From contig CAVSYN010000024.1 in assembly GCA_963732115.1 (NCBI GenBank), positions 66,431-130,430 of the forward strand: 64,000 bases of DNA, read 5' to 3'. The notes below the pieces were generated by a model. The model ran no database searches and was not told the origin of the DNA. It saw nothing but the letters and a program-made list of their open reading frames with translations. How positions within the stretch are numbered: the first letter of the stretch is position 1; every line of letters begins with the position of its first letter. The position numbers and the translations under genes are program-made. This DNA is from an uncultured Bacteroidales bacterium. GTDB taxonomy: Bacteria; Bacteroidota; Bacteroidia; Bacteroidales; VadinHA17. This document shows, one piece after another, positions 27,385-37,372 of the stretch.

Positions 27385-29532
27385 CTAGTAGTGGATGGGC
27401 GGGATTGTGGTAATGTTGGCTTTAAAGGGAGCTTCGAATCCGCTGCCTACTTTATAAATCCTTCCGTTTGTCAGTTTCATAGCCTCTGAAAGTTCAGGGT
27501 AAGGAAGATTCTGGATTGTTACCACACCAATATTATAGTTTTCTCCATCGAAACGGCCATAATATGGCTGGTCGATCCATTGGAAATAATGCATTCCGAT
27601 CAGTTCCGGCCGCGCAAATCCCTGTTCGACATAGTTCCGGTAAGCGGCGGCTCTTTCATTCTGGCTTATGACACCGGTAATGCCTGTTGCAGGAAGGGCT
27701 CTGTCGACAGCTCCATGGTGAAACTCCCCTATCATTACCGGTTTGTTGCTTCTTCTGGCAATTTCGGCAGTCGGCGGAGGATTGTAGCCATAGCCATTGA
27801 TTGAAAAAACATCAAACCGTTCTCCGGCTTTGTACAGGAGATCTGAGCTCATCCAGGCATAACGCATTCCAAGGTTCAGATGATTTTTGTCGATCTTTGC
27901 TACTTCATCACAGGGTACATCAACATACCTTTTTACCATGATTGTCGTAAAAGCATAAAAGTCGCTGTCGGCCATTATTGACGGGTAAGCCTTGAATGTC
28001 AGCTTCCTGAGGTCATCGAAATTCCCTATGCTGAGATTCCATGCTTTATTAAATGACTGAATATCATTATTATATTTAGATGTAATCCATCCCAGGAACT
28101 TATCTTTTGAAGCTGAAACCTGATCTGTTGCAAACATTTCAAATGCCAGATTATGATATCCGAACGCCCACTGCGGTTCATTCCTGAGGAAGTAACCGAC
28201 GAGGTATGGATCATCCTTAAAATCGTTCAACTGTCTGGCAAATACTTCAGAGTTCATTTTGTATTCGTCCGAGAAGACATCAGGGAAGTCCCGATATATC
28301 ATTGTTCCGGTTCCCGGGAACCGGCTGAGCGGCAGAACATAAGCAAGCTGGTTCTCTTTTGCAAAATTGATGTCCGACCAGTTCCCAACAGTATTAACAT
28401 TGAGGCTTCTCAGCATGCCGGCCGTCATTTTGCTCCATCTCGCTTTCCAGTCGCCTCCAAATGCCCTGATCAGGTTTGATTTGTAGAAATCAACACTTTT
28501 TGCTGCCCTATTCTCTGAAACAGCTTCAACAAATTTCACGTCATTTTTTTCAGGAAGCCATTCAAAAAGGTCTTCGATTCCATTTACCGGGCCAGAAGAT
28601 GTCGACCTCATGCAGTCAACTCCAACACTCAGAAATGCATAGCCTTCCGGATCAACCAGCCACCATCTGCGGCCATCATTTTCAGTCCTGAAGAATCCCG
28701 TAGCCCTGAACTTCTTTGCTTTCCATCCGCCATACCTGCTGAATTCACTGCTAAAAGCGGAATTGGAAACTGATTTTTCAAGTTCAAGATTGAGGAAAGT
28801 AAGTTCTTCCTCATTTTTAATCTTCCCTGGCCATTCCTTTCCTATGCGCTGACCCAAAGAATCAATGACTGGCAGAGCAACAGGCTCATATGGCACAGGA
28901 ATTGAATCGCATAAGCCTGCTGAAGCTATTTCGAATTCGGGAGTGAAGAAGGGTTTGTAATAAGGTCCGAATTTTAAATTGACTTTTATTATGTCGGCCG
29001 GATCAAGGCGATTACCGCTGATTGTGCCCTTTAGTTGCCTCGGAGAACGAGGGATGAATATCTCCTGGGCATCAAGGTAGCTTAATGGAAAAACCACTTT
29101 CGTTTTCAATGAGGGATTTATACCCAGCAAGCATGAAAGCCATGGGGTTTCTTTTGGAGTATCCGCAGTCTCCCCGCTCTGAAGAACAATCTTTTCAGGT
29201 TGCCCTTCAGTCTCTTTATAAAATTCAAGTGTGATCACTCCACTGTAATCATTGTCTCCAAAAATTTCAAAGACAAAATATTTTGCATCAGCCCATTTCC
29301 CGCTGTCACCTGTTTTCCAGATAGTTATTGAGTTGTTTTCATTGGTGGGGATGACATTAAGAACTGATCCTTTAAACCCTTTACCCTCACCAATCATGCT
29401 GATCCCGGAATTTTCACCCGCAATCTTCTTAAGATTAAAGACCTGTTTATAATCGCTGAGGTTTACAGAACATGACATGCATAACAATAAAATCGACAAC
29501 GAGAAGATTCTAAGACCTGGTTTCTCTGGCAT
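27385..29532 (-). CDS. putative clan GH-A (TIM-barrel) glycoside hydrolase lipoprotein
   Basis: Listed ORF 27385..29592. The internal ATG gives MPEKPGLRIFSLSILLLCMSCS (lipobox). Candidate catalytic motifs LRNEPQW and IGEFHHG. Family not assigned. Confidence 0.5.
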   Translation of the reverse strand: MPEKPGLRIFSLSILLLCMSCSVNLSDYKQVFNLKKIAGENSGISMIGEGKGFKGSVLNVIPTNENNSITIWKTGDSGKWADAKYFVFEIFGDNDYSGVITLEFYKETEGQPEKIVLQSGETADTPKETPWLSCLLGINPSLKTKVVFPLSYLDAQEIFIPRSPRQLKGTISGNRLDPADIIKVNLKFGPYYKPFFTPEFEIASAGLCDSIPVPYEPVALPVIDSLGQRIGKEWPGKIKNEEELTFLNLELEKSVSNSAFSSEFSRYGGWKAKKFRATGFFRTENDGRRWWLVDPEGYAFLSVGVDCMRSTSSGPVNGIEDLFEWLPEKNDVKFVEAVSENRAAKSVDFYKSNLIRAFGGDWKARWSKMTAGMLRSLNVNTVGNWSDINFAKENQLAYVLPLSRFPGTGTMIYRDFPDVFSDEYKMNSEVFARQLNDFKDDPYLVGYFLRNEPQWAFGYHNLAFEMFATDQVSASKDKFLGWITSKYNNDIQSFNKAWNLSIGNFDDLRKLTFKAYPSIMADSDFYAFTTIMVKRYVDVPCDEVAKIDKNHLNLGMRYAWMSSDLLYKAGERFDVFSINGYGYNPPPTAEIARRSNKPVMIGEFHHGAVDRALPATGITGVISQNERAAAYRNYVEQGFARPELIGMHYFQWIDQPYYGRFDGENYNIGVVTIQNLPYPELSEAMKLTNGRIYKVGSGFEAPFKANITTIPPIHY

Positions 29533-29610
29533 TCCCATACAAGTGGCTTTTAGGAGGTTTATAAGGGATACATAGTTATAAAGGATTCCCAATTGTGAAA
29601 GCTAAGGTAT

Positions 29611-29642
29611 AAAAAAACCGCAAAGTCATAATACTTTGCGGT
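29611..29642 (-). terminator. rho-independent terminator
   Basis: On the minus strand: ACCGCAAAGT-ATTATG-ACTTTGCGGT followed by T7, 30 nt after the stop at 29672. Confidence 0.8.
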
Positions 29643-29671
29643 CAAGAACAGGGTAAAAACTTTTTTCGGTT

Positions 29672-30208
29672 TTATTTCTTATCGTAAACAGCAGTTGTTT
29701 TACGTTCTCCGTTCGGTGTGTTCATTGTTGATACAACTGAAAGACTGGTAGGGCTGGTCAGAGTCCATACCTCGGTGGTTGTCATCTCCGTGGTTTGTCC
29801 GTCGCGCTCGAATGATCTTTTGGTAACAATGGTAAGAGATTTGCCATCAGCTGCCCATGTAGCAACCGACTTGCTTTCGCCTCTTGCAGTCGTATTTATA
29901 CTCTCTTTTCCGTCGAGAGTGTATTTGCTGGTGGTTGTCGTAGTCTGACCATCCTGTCCTGTCCTTGTCCTATCAACAGTCAGAAGATTGGCTTCCTGCT
30001 TGGCGACAAAATTTCCACCACCCATTCTCTGGCCACCGCCACCGCCACCACCCTGAGGTGGTTGTCCCATATTGCTTTTTTCAGCATTAAAAGCCCACGT
30101 ACCTGCAAAATTAGCTTTCGAACCCTGAGCATTGGAAGTAAATGGCATCAACAGGAATGCCATAATAATTGTCAGCGATAAAAGCTGAAGTGTAACATTT
30201 CTTTTCAT
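29672..30208 (-). CDS. secreted hypothetical protein with poly-Gly tract (paralogue of 3811..4305)
   Basis: ATG at 30208 gives MKRNVTLQLLSLTIIMAFLLMPFTSNAQ. Contains QGGGGGGGQRMGGG. Shares FAGTW, LDGKES and ATW motifs with the 3811..4305 product. Confidence 0.7.
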   Translation of the reverse strand: MKRNVTLQLLSLTIIMAFLLMPFTSNAQGSKANFAGTWAFNAEKSNMGQPPQGGGGGGGQRMGGGNFVAKQEANLLTVDRTRTGQDGQTTTTTSKYTLDGKESINTTARGESKSVATWAADGKSLTIVTKRSFERDGQTTEMTTTEVWTLTSPTSLSVVSTMNTPNGERKTTAVYDKK

Positions 30209-30522
30209 TTTCAATGATTTATTTGATTGATTTCTAATTAGACAACTTTCCAAAGTTAAATATTCCATTCCATTGAAAATAAAAAAAGAAAGTCAGGATT
30301 TTAACTTTTCACAATATTTAACATATACCTCATTACCCCTTTCAGACGTATGGGTTACAGTATTAATTGGATCCAGATTCAAACAGGTTGCATCAAACCG
30401 GTCAATAAAAATCTTAAAGATGTTGACATTGTAATCCGTTCATTTCTTTAAATTTGAGATTGTACATGTACTTCAACTAATCTGATACTTTTTTTAGCCA
30501 ACCAAACCATAATTTTTGAGAT

Positions 30523-32034
30523 ATGCCAACTTCGAAAAAAATCAATCGTCGTAAATTCCTGGGATCAGCAGCTGCTGCTTCCATGGCAATTACAGTCGTC
30601 CCGAGGCACGTACTCGGTGGACCAGGATACGTTGCTCCGAGTGACAAACTGACCCTTGGATACATCGGGTGCGGTACACAGGGTATGAGAGAAATGGCCC
30701 AGCTTATTGCAAATCCCGCACTGCAGATAGTTGCAGTATGTGACCCTAATAAGTTCACTACCAACTATGTTGACTGGTCCGCGAACGATGTAAGAACAGC
30801 ATCCGGAACTGCCCTGCAGGATAAAACATGGGGAGAAAACATAAAAGGGATCCCCGGTGGACGTGATCTAGGACAGGAATTTGTAAATAAATACTATGCC
30901 AAATCAAAAGATGCAGGCGGTTACAAGGGATGCCAGTCTTATACTGACTTCCGTGAATTGCTTGAAAAGGAAACTGGTATTGATGCCATTAAAATAATGA
31001 CACCAGATCATCTTCATGCAACAGTCGCCATAGCTTCAATGAAAAAAGGCAAACATGTTGTCACCCACAAGCCTATTGCTAACAGGATGTACGAAGGTAA
31101 GCTGACTATCGAAACTGCAAGGAAAACAGGATTGAGCACACATCTCCTTGCCTGGAGCAAAAGACCAGGATATGACATCGTGAAGAATTGGATCAAAGAT
31201 GGATTTATTGGCACTCTGAAAGAAATTCACAACTGGTCGAACAGACCTATGTGGCCGCAATGGCAGTCAATTCCTGCCGATACGCCGCCAGTGCCAAAAG
31301 GTTTTGACTGGACCCTCTGGCTTGGTCCTGTTCCCGATCGCCCCTATCACCCGAATTATACTCATGCTGTTTTCAGGGGCTGGTACGACTTTGGAGCCGG
31401 CAGCATTGCCGACATGGGACACTACAGCCTGTTTCCGCTATTCCTTACTCTGGGTATAGACACACCAGCCACCAGCGCTGAAGCATATGCCACAACAACA
31501 TGCTCCCTTCGCGATAATGTTGCATATGGCGTTCAGAATGATGTGGCTTTTCCATTATCCTGTATTGTCCGTTTTCAGTTCCCGGAACAGAAGGAGCTTC
31601 CTCAATTTGACCTTATATGGTACGATGGAGGAATTAGGCCGCTTGTTCCAGATGAACTTAGGGCTACAGGAAAAACCCTTACACGTGAGGGAATGATGTT
31701 CGTAGGCGATAAGGGTAAAATAATTGCAGGATTCAGGGGTGAAAATCCTGTTCTGCTTCCCGAAACCAAAATGAATTATATTAAAAAGGAGGAAGCTGAG
31801 AAAGCCGGCAGCGGCGGCAGCAATGATGTCTGGATCGATGCGTTCAAAAACAAGACCCAGACGCCGGGCAGTTTCCTGTATGCCGGACCAGTGACAGAAA
31901 CAATTAACCTGGGTGCTATAGCATTGCGTGCAGGCAAAAAAGTCGAATATGACACTGCCAGCATGAAAATAACCAATGTTCCTGAAGCAAATAAATTCCT
32001 GACCCGGGAATACCGGCAGGGATGGGAGCTTTAG
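30523..32034 (+). CDS. TAT-signal Gfo/Idh/MocA-family oxidoreductase
   Basis: 503 aa with twin-arginine signal NRRKFLGSAAAASMAITV and Rossmann motif LGYIGCGTQG. Confidence 0.85.
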   Translation: MPTSKKINRRKFLGSAAAASMAITVVPRHVLGGPGYVAPSDKLTLGYIGCGTQGMREMAQLIANPALQIVAVCDPNKFTTNYVDWSANDVRTASGTALQDKTWGENIKGIPGGRDLGQEFVNKYYAKSKDAGGYKGCQSYTDFRELLEKETGIDAIKIMTPDHLHATVAIASMKKGKHVVTHKPIANRMYEGKLTIETARKTGLSTHLLAWSKRPGYDIVKNWIKDGFIGTLKEIHNWSNRPMWPQWQSIPADTPPVPKGFDWTLWLGPVPDRPYHPNYTHAVFRGWYDFGAGSIADMGHYSLFPLFLTLGIDTPATSAEAYATTTCSLRDNVAYGVQNDVAFPLSCIVRFQFPEQKELPQFDLIWYDGGIRPLVPDELRATGKTLTREGMMFVGDKGKIIAGFRGENPVLLPETKMNYIKKEEAEKAGSGGSNDVWIDAFKNKTQTPGSFLYAGPVTETINLGAIALRAGKKVEYDTASMKITNVPEANKFLTREYRQGWEL

Positions 32035-32155
32035 TAAATACAGACTTTCTGATTAATTGTAAGGAGATGTGGGAAATGTAAAAGTTTTAATTTAGGTTTT
32101 TCTTATCTTGCCGAACTTAATGTTAAACAGTTTATAATTTCAAATCCAAATCAGT

Positions 32156-32655
32156 ATGATCAGAAAGTTCTTATCAGTTGCAATTGTTGCTTTACATTAT
32201 TTCATCATGCGGCAATACAGGGAAAAAGGAGGCTTCTTCCAAAACCAATGGTATAACCGAAGCTGCAAAAGTTGAATTTGCATCACTTGTCTCAAATCCC
32301 TCAGACTATATAGGCAAAAACATAAGTGTTGAGGGCAAAGTGGTTCATGTTTGCACCCACAGCGGGAAAAAGTTATTTATAACGGGTGAAGATCCCAATG
32401 TGAAGCTATATGTCCAGGCAGGTGAAGAAATGCCGAAATTCCCGGCAGAACTGCTTGGCAGTAAGATAGTTGTTGAAGGCACCATTGACTAAAGCAGTAG
32501 GAACGGCATTGGAAGAATGTGAAGGCATGGAGGGATGTGAAAAAATGGCTGAAACTGCAGGTGCTGATACAAGTAAAAGTGAGAAACTGCCTGTTGCCAA
32601 ATCCGTATTGTCTGACCTTATGATGGTTTATAACAAACACATTCTGGTGAAGTAA
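32156..32655 (+). pseudogene. small lipoprotein, hypothetical; two frameshifts (about 32190-32215 and 32470-32492)
   Basis: ATG at 32156 (MIRKFLSVAIVAL...) shifts into the lipobox frame (YIISSCGN) of ORF 32178..32492. The C-terminus continues in ORF 32470..32655. Confidence 0.45.
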
Positions 32656-32675
32656 ACTAATTGCGAAATGCATTG

Positions 32676-32703
32676 AAAAAGGTCAGCATATACTGACCTT
32701 TTT
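32676..32703. terminator. bidirectional intrinsic terminator
   Basis: AAAAAGGTCAG-CATATA-CTGACCTTTTT between convergent stops at 32655 and 32715. Confidence 0.75.
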
Positions 32704-32714
32704 CATTTTAACCT

Positions 32715-34819
32715 TTAAGCCTTCTTTAACGCCTCCAGAACCCTTGCCGGTGTCATAGGCATTCTGTACAATCGGGCCCCGGTAGCATCGTGGATAGCAT
32801 TGGCTACGACAGCTCCTATTCCAATTATTGCTGGTTCTCCGCCGCCTTTAGGTGGCTTATCCATCCTGTCGAGAATAACACAGTCCATTTTAGGAGTCCA
32901 TGAGAACCTTGGTATTTCATAATTGTCAAAGCCCCTGATTTTGATATCTCCTCCTTCAAACTGGATCTCTTCTGTAAGAGTATAACCGAGACCCATCATT
33001 ATGCATCCTTCCATCTGGATCAATGCTCCCTGCGGGTTTACACAGAGTCCCATATCCTGGGAACAGGCAACACGTAAAACCTGTACTTTACCTGTTGTTT
33101 TATCTACTTTAATCTCAGCTATAAATGCAACCCATGAGCCGGCATCAGTCCCGCAGGCAAGGCCAATACCTCTGCCGCTTGGGGTCTTGGCAGGAACGTA
33201 ACCGAATTTGTCAGCAACTGATTTCCAGCAGGCTATCATTTTTTCATCCTTGAGATTCTTAAGACGGAACTCAAGCGGATCCATACCTGCTGCTGAAGCC
33301 ATTATGTCGATCTGCGATTCCCTTGCAAATGTATTTGTATTGTTGTTTGGAGCACGCCATGCACCGGTTCCGAATGGGTGGATCTGAACAGCATCCATAT
33401 TCTGGTTGTAACTGGTCATCCTGACATTCGGGACATCATAGATCGTATCGGAACCTCTTGATCCGCTGTAGTATAGACTATAATCCCAGAGTTTGATCAT
33501 TCCCTCTTTGTCGATGCCCGATTTAATCCTGACAACACCGGCAGGATGGAACGTATCATAGAAAAACTCCTCATCCCTTGTCCAGACCAGCATTACAGGC
33601 TTGTTGCTCAGTTTTGCCAGTTTTGCTGCTTCAACCCCTTGCTGATATGCACCTTTGCCTCCGAAACCTCCACCAACAAATGGAGTGATGACCCTTACTT
33701 TTTCCCTCGGCAAATCCCAGTTCGCGAGCAATACCGTCCTGAAGGCCGAATGGTGACTGGGTTGAAGCCCAGACTGTCATTTTATCACCTTCGAGTTTTG
33801 CCAGAGCAGTATGTGTTTCTATGGCAGCATGTGCTACATACGGATCGTGAAATTCCGATTCAAATATTTTGTCAGATTGCTGAAGTGCCAGCTTCCAGAT
33901 CACCGATTGTCCTTACCAACATTAACTCTTGAGTCAGCGCCCACCATCCGGTCATAAAGTGTCTTGTCATTAACTTTCAGTTCATTGAATGAGTATTCGG
34001 CTTTGATTTTGACAATTGCTTCATCAGCCCTGTCGCGGTTTTCATTAAGTACAGCTATGAAATCACCATCACGGACAACCTGCGTACCTTTAACCTGTTC
34101 AGCCCCCGAAACATCAACAGTTGTCAGCTTTGCACCATGCGATGGCGGCCTTAGTATCCTTGCGAAAACCATTCCCGGAAGTTTAAGGTCACCGGCATAC
34201 TTTAGCCTGTCCTGTAACTTTGAGCTTAGCATCTACATGCTTATATGGCTTCCCGACATAGGTAAATTTCTTAAAGTCTTCCACAGCAGGTTTTACTTCC
34301 AGAACTTTTTCAAGTTTCTTACCTTTTGCCAGCTGTGCATAGGTTACCCTGTTTTTTGGGATTCTTTGTATCAACAACAACTCCATCAACAACTTCGAGC
34401 TGTGTTGCAGGAACTCCAAGCTTTGTCGGATGCAAGATCAACGAGAACACCTCTTGCTTCGGCTGCAGCTGCCCTCATGGCAGGTCCAAAAGTCTGGATT
34501 GTCTGTGAGCCCCAGGTGCCTGCATCATAAGGACAAAGATCAGTGTCACCCATTATCATTTTTATTTTTTCAAGAGGTACATTCAGTTCATCGGCCATCA
34601 TCTGAGGAAGGGAGGTTATCGGACCCTGTCCCATTTCTATCTTCCCGTGTATAACATCTTACAGTGCCATCCTCTGCAATCTGCAGAAATGCATTGTAAT
34701 CCTTGGTCAGGCTTCGTGCCTGATCGACAGGTAACACCAAGCAGGTCAAGGGCATTCCAGGGCTGGAAAAAGATAAAAATTCCTCCTCCAAGAAGTTTGA
34801 CAAAGCTTCTTCTCTTCAT
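32715..34819 (-). pseudogene. TAT-signal molybdopterin-binding subunit of a xanthine-dehydrogenase-family hydroxylase (IorB/CoxL-like); at least 5 frameshifts
   Basis: Six consecutive minus-strand ORFs (34637..34819, 34386..34634, 34189..34419, 33900..34232, 33631..33903, 32715..33731) tile one roughly 700-aa protein. N-terminus MKRRSFVKLLGGGIFIF. C-terminal GGGEPAIIGIGAVVANAIHDATG. Confidence 0.8.
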
Positions 34820-34876
34820 ACCTGATACTTCGGATTCGGATTCTACCTTAACTATTTACATCTGTTTTTTTCATGG

Positions 34877-35353
34877 TTACTTCCCTCCTTTCATTTCTTT
34901 GGAAGCTGTTTCTACTGCATCAACTATCCTGGTGTGCGCTCCGCAGCGGCACAGGTTTTCTTCCATACCGTCAATGATCTGCTGCCGGGTAAGGGACGGA
35001 TTTTTCATCAGCAGACCTGCAGCTGTCATGATCATGCCTGGAGTGCAGTAACCGCACTGTAAAGCATCATGTTCGATAAATGCCTTCTGAACCGGATGAA
35101 GTTTGCCGTTACGGCCAAGACCTTCGATGGTAATCACTTCTTTTCCGGCAATATCGCTTACAGGAATCATGCACGACCGGGTGGCTTCCCGGTTGATGAG
35201 AACAGTGCATGCTCCGCAGAATCCGGTTCCGCAACCGAATTTGGTACCGGTCAGTCCGAGCTGATTTCTCAGGACCCAGAGAAGAGTCTGAGTGGGATCA
35301 GTCATGATCTCGGTCCTTTTGCCATTGAGATTAAAGCTGATTTTCTCTTCCAT
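34877..35353 (-). CDS. (2Fe-2S)-binding small subunit (IorA/CoxS-like)
   Basis: 158 aa with cluster motifs CGTGFCGACTV and CGYCTPGMIM...CRCG. Confidence 0.9.
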   Translation of the reverse strand: MEEKISFNLNGKRTEIMTDPTQTLLWVLRNQLGLTGTKFGCGTGFCGACTVLINREATRSCMIPVSDIAGKEVITIEGLGRNGKLHPVQKAFIEHDALQCGYCTPGMIMTAAGLLMKNPSLTRQQIIDGMEENLCRCGAHTRIVDAVETASKEMKGGK

Positions 35354-35355
35354 TT

Positions 35356-35953
35356 TTATTTAATTTGGTTTATTTCGTTCAGATAATCTTCTTTCGTATT
35401 GAAATCCTTCAGTACTCCCAGCGATCTTGTATTAACCTCATGTACATCCTCGGGAAACAGCGACGCAATTGAACGTAACCCTTCATTTTCATGAATTGAG
35501 ATTTGATATCATCCCTGTACTTGCTGCTTATGAGGATCGGATGCCCTCGTTTCCTTCCTATAAACAGGAATGATAATCCCTTTACCTGTTTGCCCGAAAT
35601 GCACTGATGATTTTATTAATCACCCGGGTTCTATTAAAGGCTGATCGCCCGGGAAATACCAGGACTGCATCATAGTTTTCGGGAAGGTTCTTAAATCCGC
35701 ATTTAACCGACGACAGCATCCCATCGGTGTAATGATCATTATAACAGTGTTTTACCGGCAAATCTTTTATTGTGGCCAGAATTTCATCTTTATGAGACCC
35801 GAGCACTACCAATGTATTCACTACCTCTGATCCCATAACATTTCCGATGACCTTTTCAATCATGGTTTTACCGTCAAATGGTAGAAGCATCTTCGGCACT
35901 TTCATCCGTTTTGATTCCCCGGCAGCAAGTATTATGGCCCAGATTATATTCAA
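35356..35953 (-). pseudogene. MobA-like NTP transferase (molybdenum cofactor cytidylyltransferase MocA-like); about 3 frameshifts in 35400-35600
   Basis: ORF 35582..35953 (ILAAGESKRM...). The C-terminal pieces KGIIIPVY / GRKRGHPILISSKYRDDI / ENEGLRSIASLFPEDVHEVN...KEDYLNEINQIK lie in three frames. The stop is 2 nt before the 2Fe-2S gene's ATG. Confidence 0.65.
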
Positions 35954-36003
35954 TTGCCAGTTCCTGATTTTTTAATTCTTAATTCCCTAAAAACCCACCC
36001 CGA

Positions 36004-36096
36004 CTCCACTACATGTCTCCCCTACAGGCTGGCTCCTTCGCTAAATCCCGCCACTGGCGGGATTTTTAAAGCCCGGCCCCTACGGAGGGATCTATA
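36004..36096. repeat. intergenic repeat R1 (copy a): invariant 18-mer plus two hairpins
   Basis: CTGGCTCCTTCGCTAAAT at 36029-36046. Hairpin AAATCCCGCC-ACT-GGCGGGATTT at 36043-36065 followed by a T-run. Hairpin CCCT-ACGG-AGGG at 36078-36089. Homologous to 54565..54666. Confidence 0.75.
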
Positions 36097-36102
36097 TCAC
36101 TC

Positions 36103-37210
36103 CTAATGCTTTGTAGACTTACTTTTGTCTTTTAACTTTTGGTTTTTATTTTTAGCATTTCTAACCTTCACCAGTTGGGCAGCGATACTAACTGCTATCT
36201 CCCCCACCGTTTGTGAATTGATCTCCAATCCGACAGGGGAATAGATCCGGTCCCACTGCTCCTTTGTTGCCAAGCCTTTTTTAATGAAATCCTTCTTCAT
36301 CAATGCTACCTTGTTCCTGCTTCCAATCATTCCTACGTATGCTGTGTCGGATCTTATGCATACCTGCAGGGCAGTTGCGTCATCCCGGTGTCCCCTGGTG
36401 ACTATTACTATATAGGTAGTCAGGCCCCTTGCCAATGGTATCAATTGTTTTTCCGATTTCACCGTTATAATATGATCGGCAGATGGAATATTTTCCAGGT
36501 TAGCAAATTCAGGTCGGTCATCAATTACGGTTATTTCGAAATCGAGCATGGCTGCGATCTTTGCAAGCGCTTTGCCGATGTGTCCGGCACCTGCAATGAA
36601 AAGTCGGGGAGCAGGAATGACCGGTTCAAGGAATACAATTGATGAAGGCTTTTCTCGTGGTCCTGCCAGTTCAATCTCTCTGAACTCACCCAAAATCGTA
36701 TCAGAAAGCATTCTATCGATCCCGGGACTGATTTTTGAGCTGTATTCGGCTGGTAACATTGATTATGAATCGCCGGTACTCCAGTATCTGCTTACAGTGG
36801 CCTTTTCGTCTTCAAGGACTGTAACCAGTGTGACCAGAACTCCCGGAATTCTCAATTCTGCTGACTTCTGCAAAGCTTCAAACGCGGCTATATGCTTATC
36901 GAGTCGGGAATCGATAAGAACATTGATCTTCCCTCCGCACAGTGCATCCTCTCCTTCAGGACTGACTGTTATTAAGGTTGAAAAGATAATGGCCTGATTC
37001 CTTTGTCACAACCGACTCTCTGGCAATTTGCTGGACCTTTCCTTCCAGAATTCCGCCGCCCACAGTGCCTGTCACCAGCTCAAACTGGTTGAATAGTGCA
37101 GAGCTTCCGGGTTTCTGAGGTGTCGATCCGGTGGTCTTTGTGACCGTTGCAAGCACTACTTCTGAAATATCGGGCTTTCGTAGAGGAATCTGCAGGTAAA
37201 TATTGTTCAT
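36103..37210 (-). pseudogene. XdhC/CoxI-family Mo-enzyme maturation protein; one frameshift (about 36955) and one in-frame TAA (36763-36765)
   Basis: ORF 36956..37210 (N-terminal domain) and ORF 36103..36759 (Rossmann FIAGAGHIGKAL) are joined by an open segment PEGEDALCGGKINVLID...RYWSTGDS-TAA-SMLPAEY. Confidence 0.75.
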
Positions 37211-37372
37211 TTTACTGGGTCAGCATTGCTATAACAAATATATTCAAAATGATAAATTATTCATAATAATATTTATGGCAGATACGGCATGTGTGCCGTC
37301 TCAACTACTGTTCCTACAAACATTTAATATATTTACAGGTATGATTTCAAAATACAAAAAACCCTAACCAAT

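Noticed and set aside
27433-27441. tRNA T-arm-like string TTCGAATCC
   Set aside because: It lies inside a well-supported minus-strand coding region, and no acceptor, D or anticodon arms can be drawn around it. No tRNA was found in any intergenic gap.
33964-34530. 188-aa plus-strand ORF (similar cases at 36548-36997, 41606-41941, 34647-35051 and 22470-22943)
   Set aside because: All lie antisense to recognisable minus-strand genes whose fragments tile known families. They are Ser/Pro/Leu-rich, the usual signature of shadow frames. Not annotated.
36011-36070. R1 repeats as remnants of a small coding sequence: both copies translate in one plus-strand frame to SPLQ(A/T)GSFAK...F-stop
   Set aside because: There is no start codon and no conserved upstream coding sequence. 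The differences between copies are paired stem substitutions that change the peptide freely. The flanking genes are on the other strand. Structure-level conservation explains the data better.
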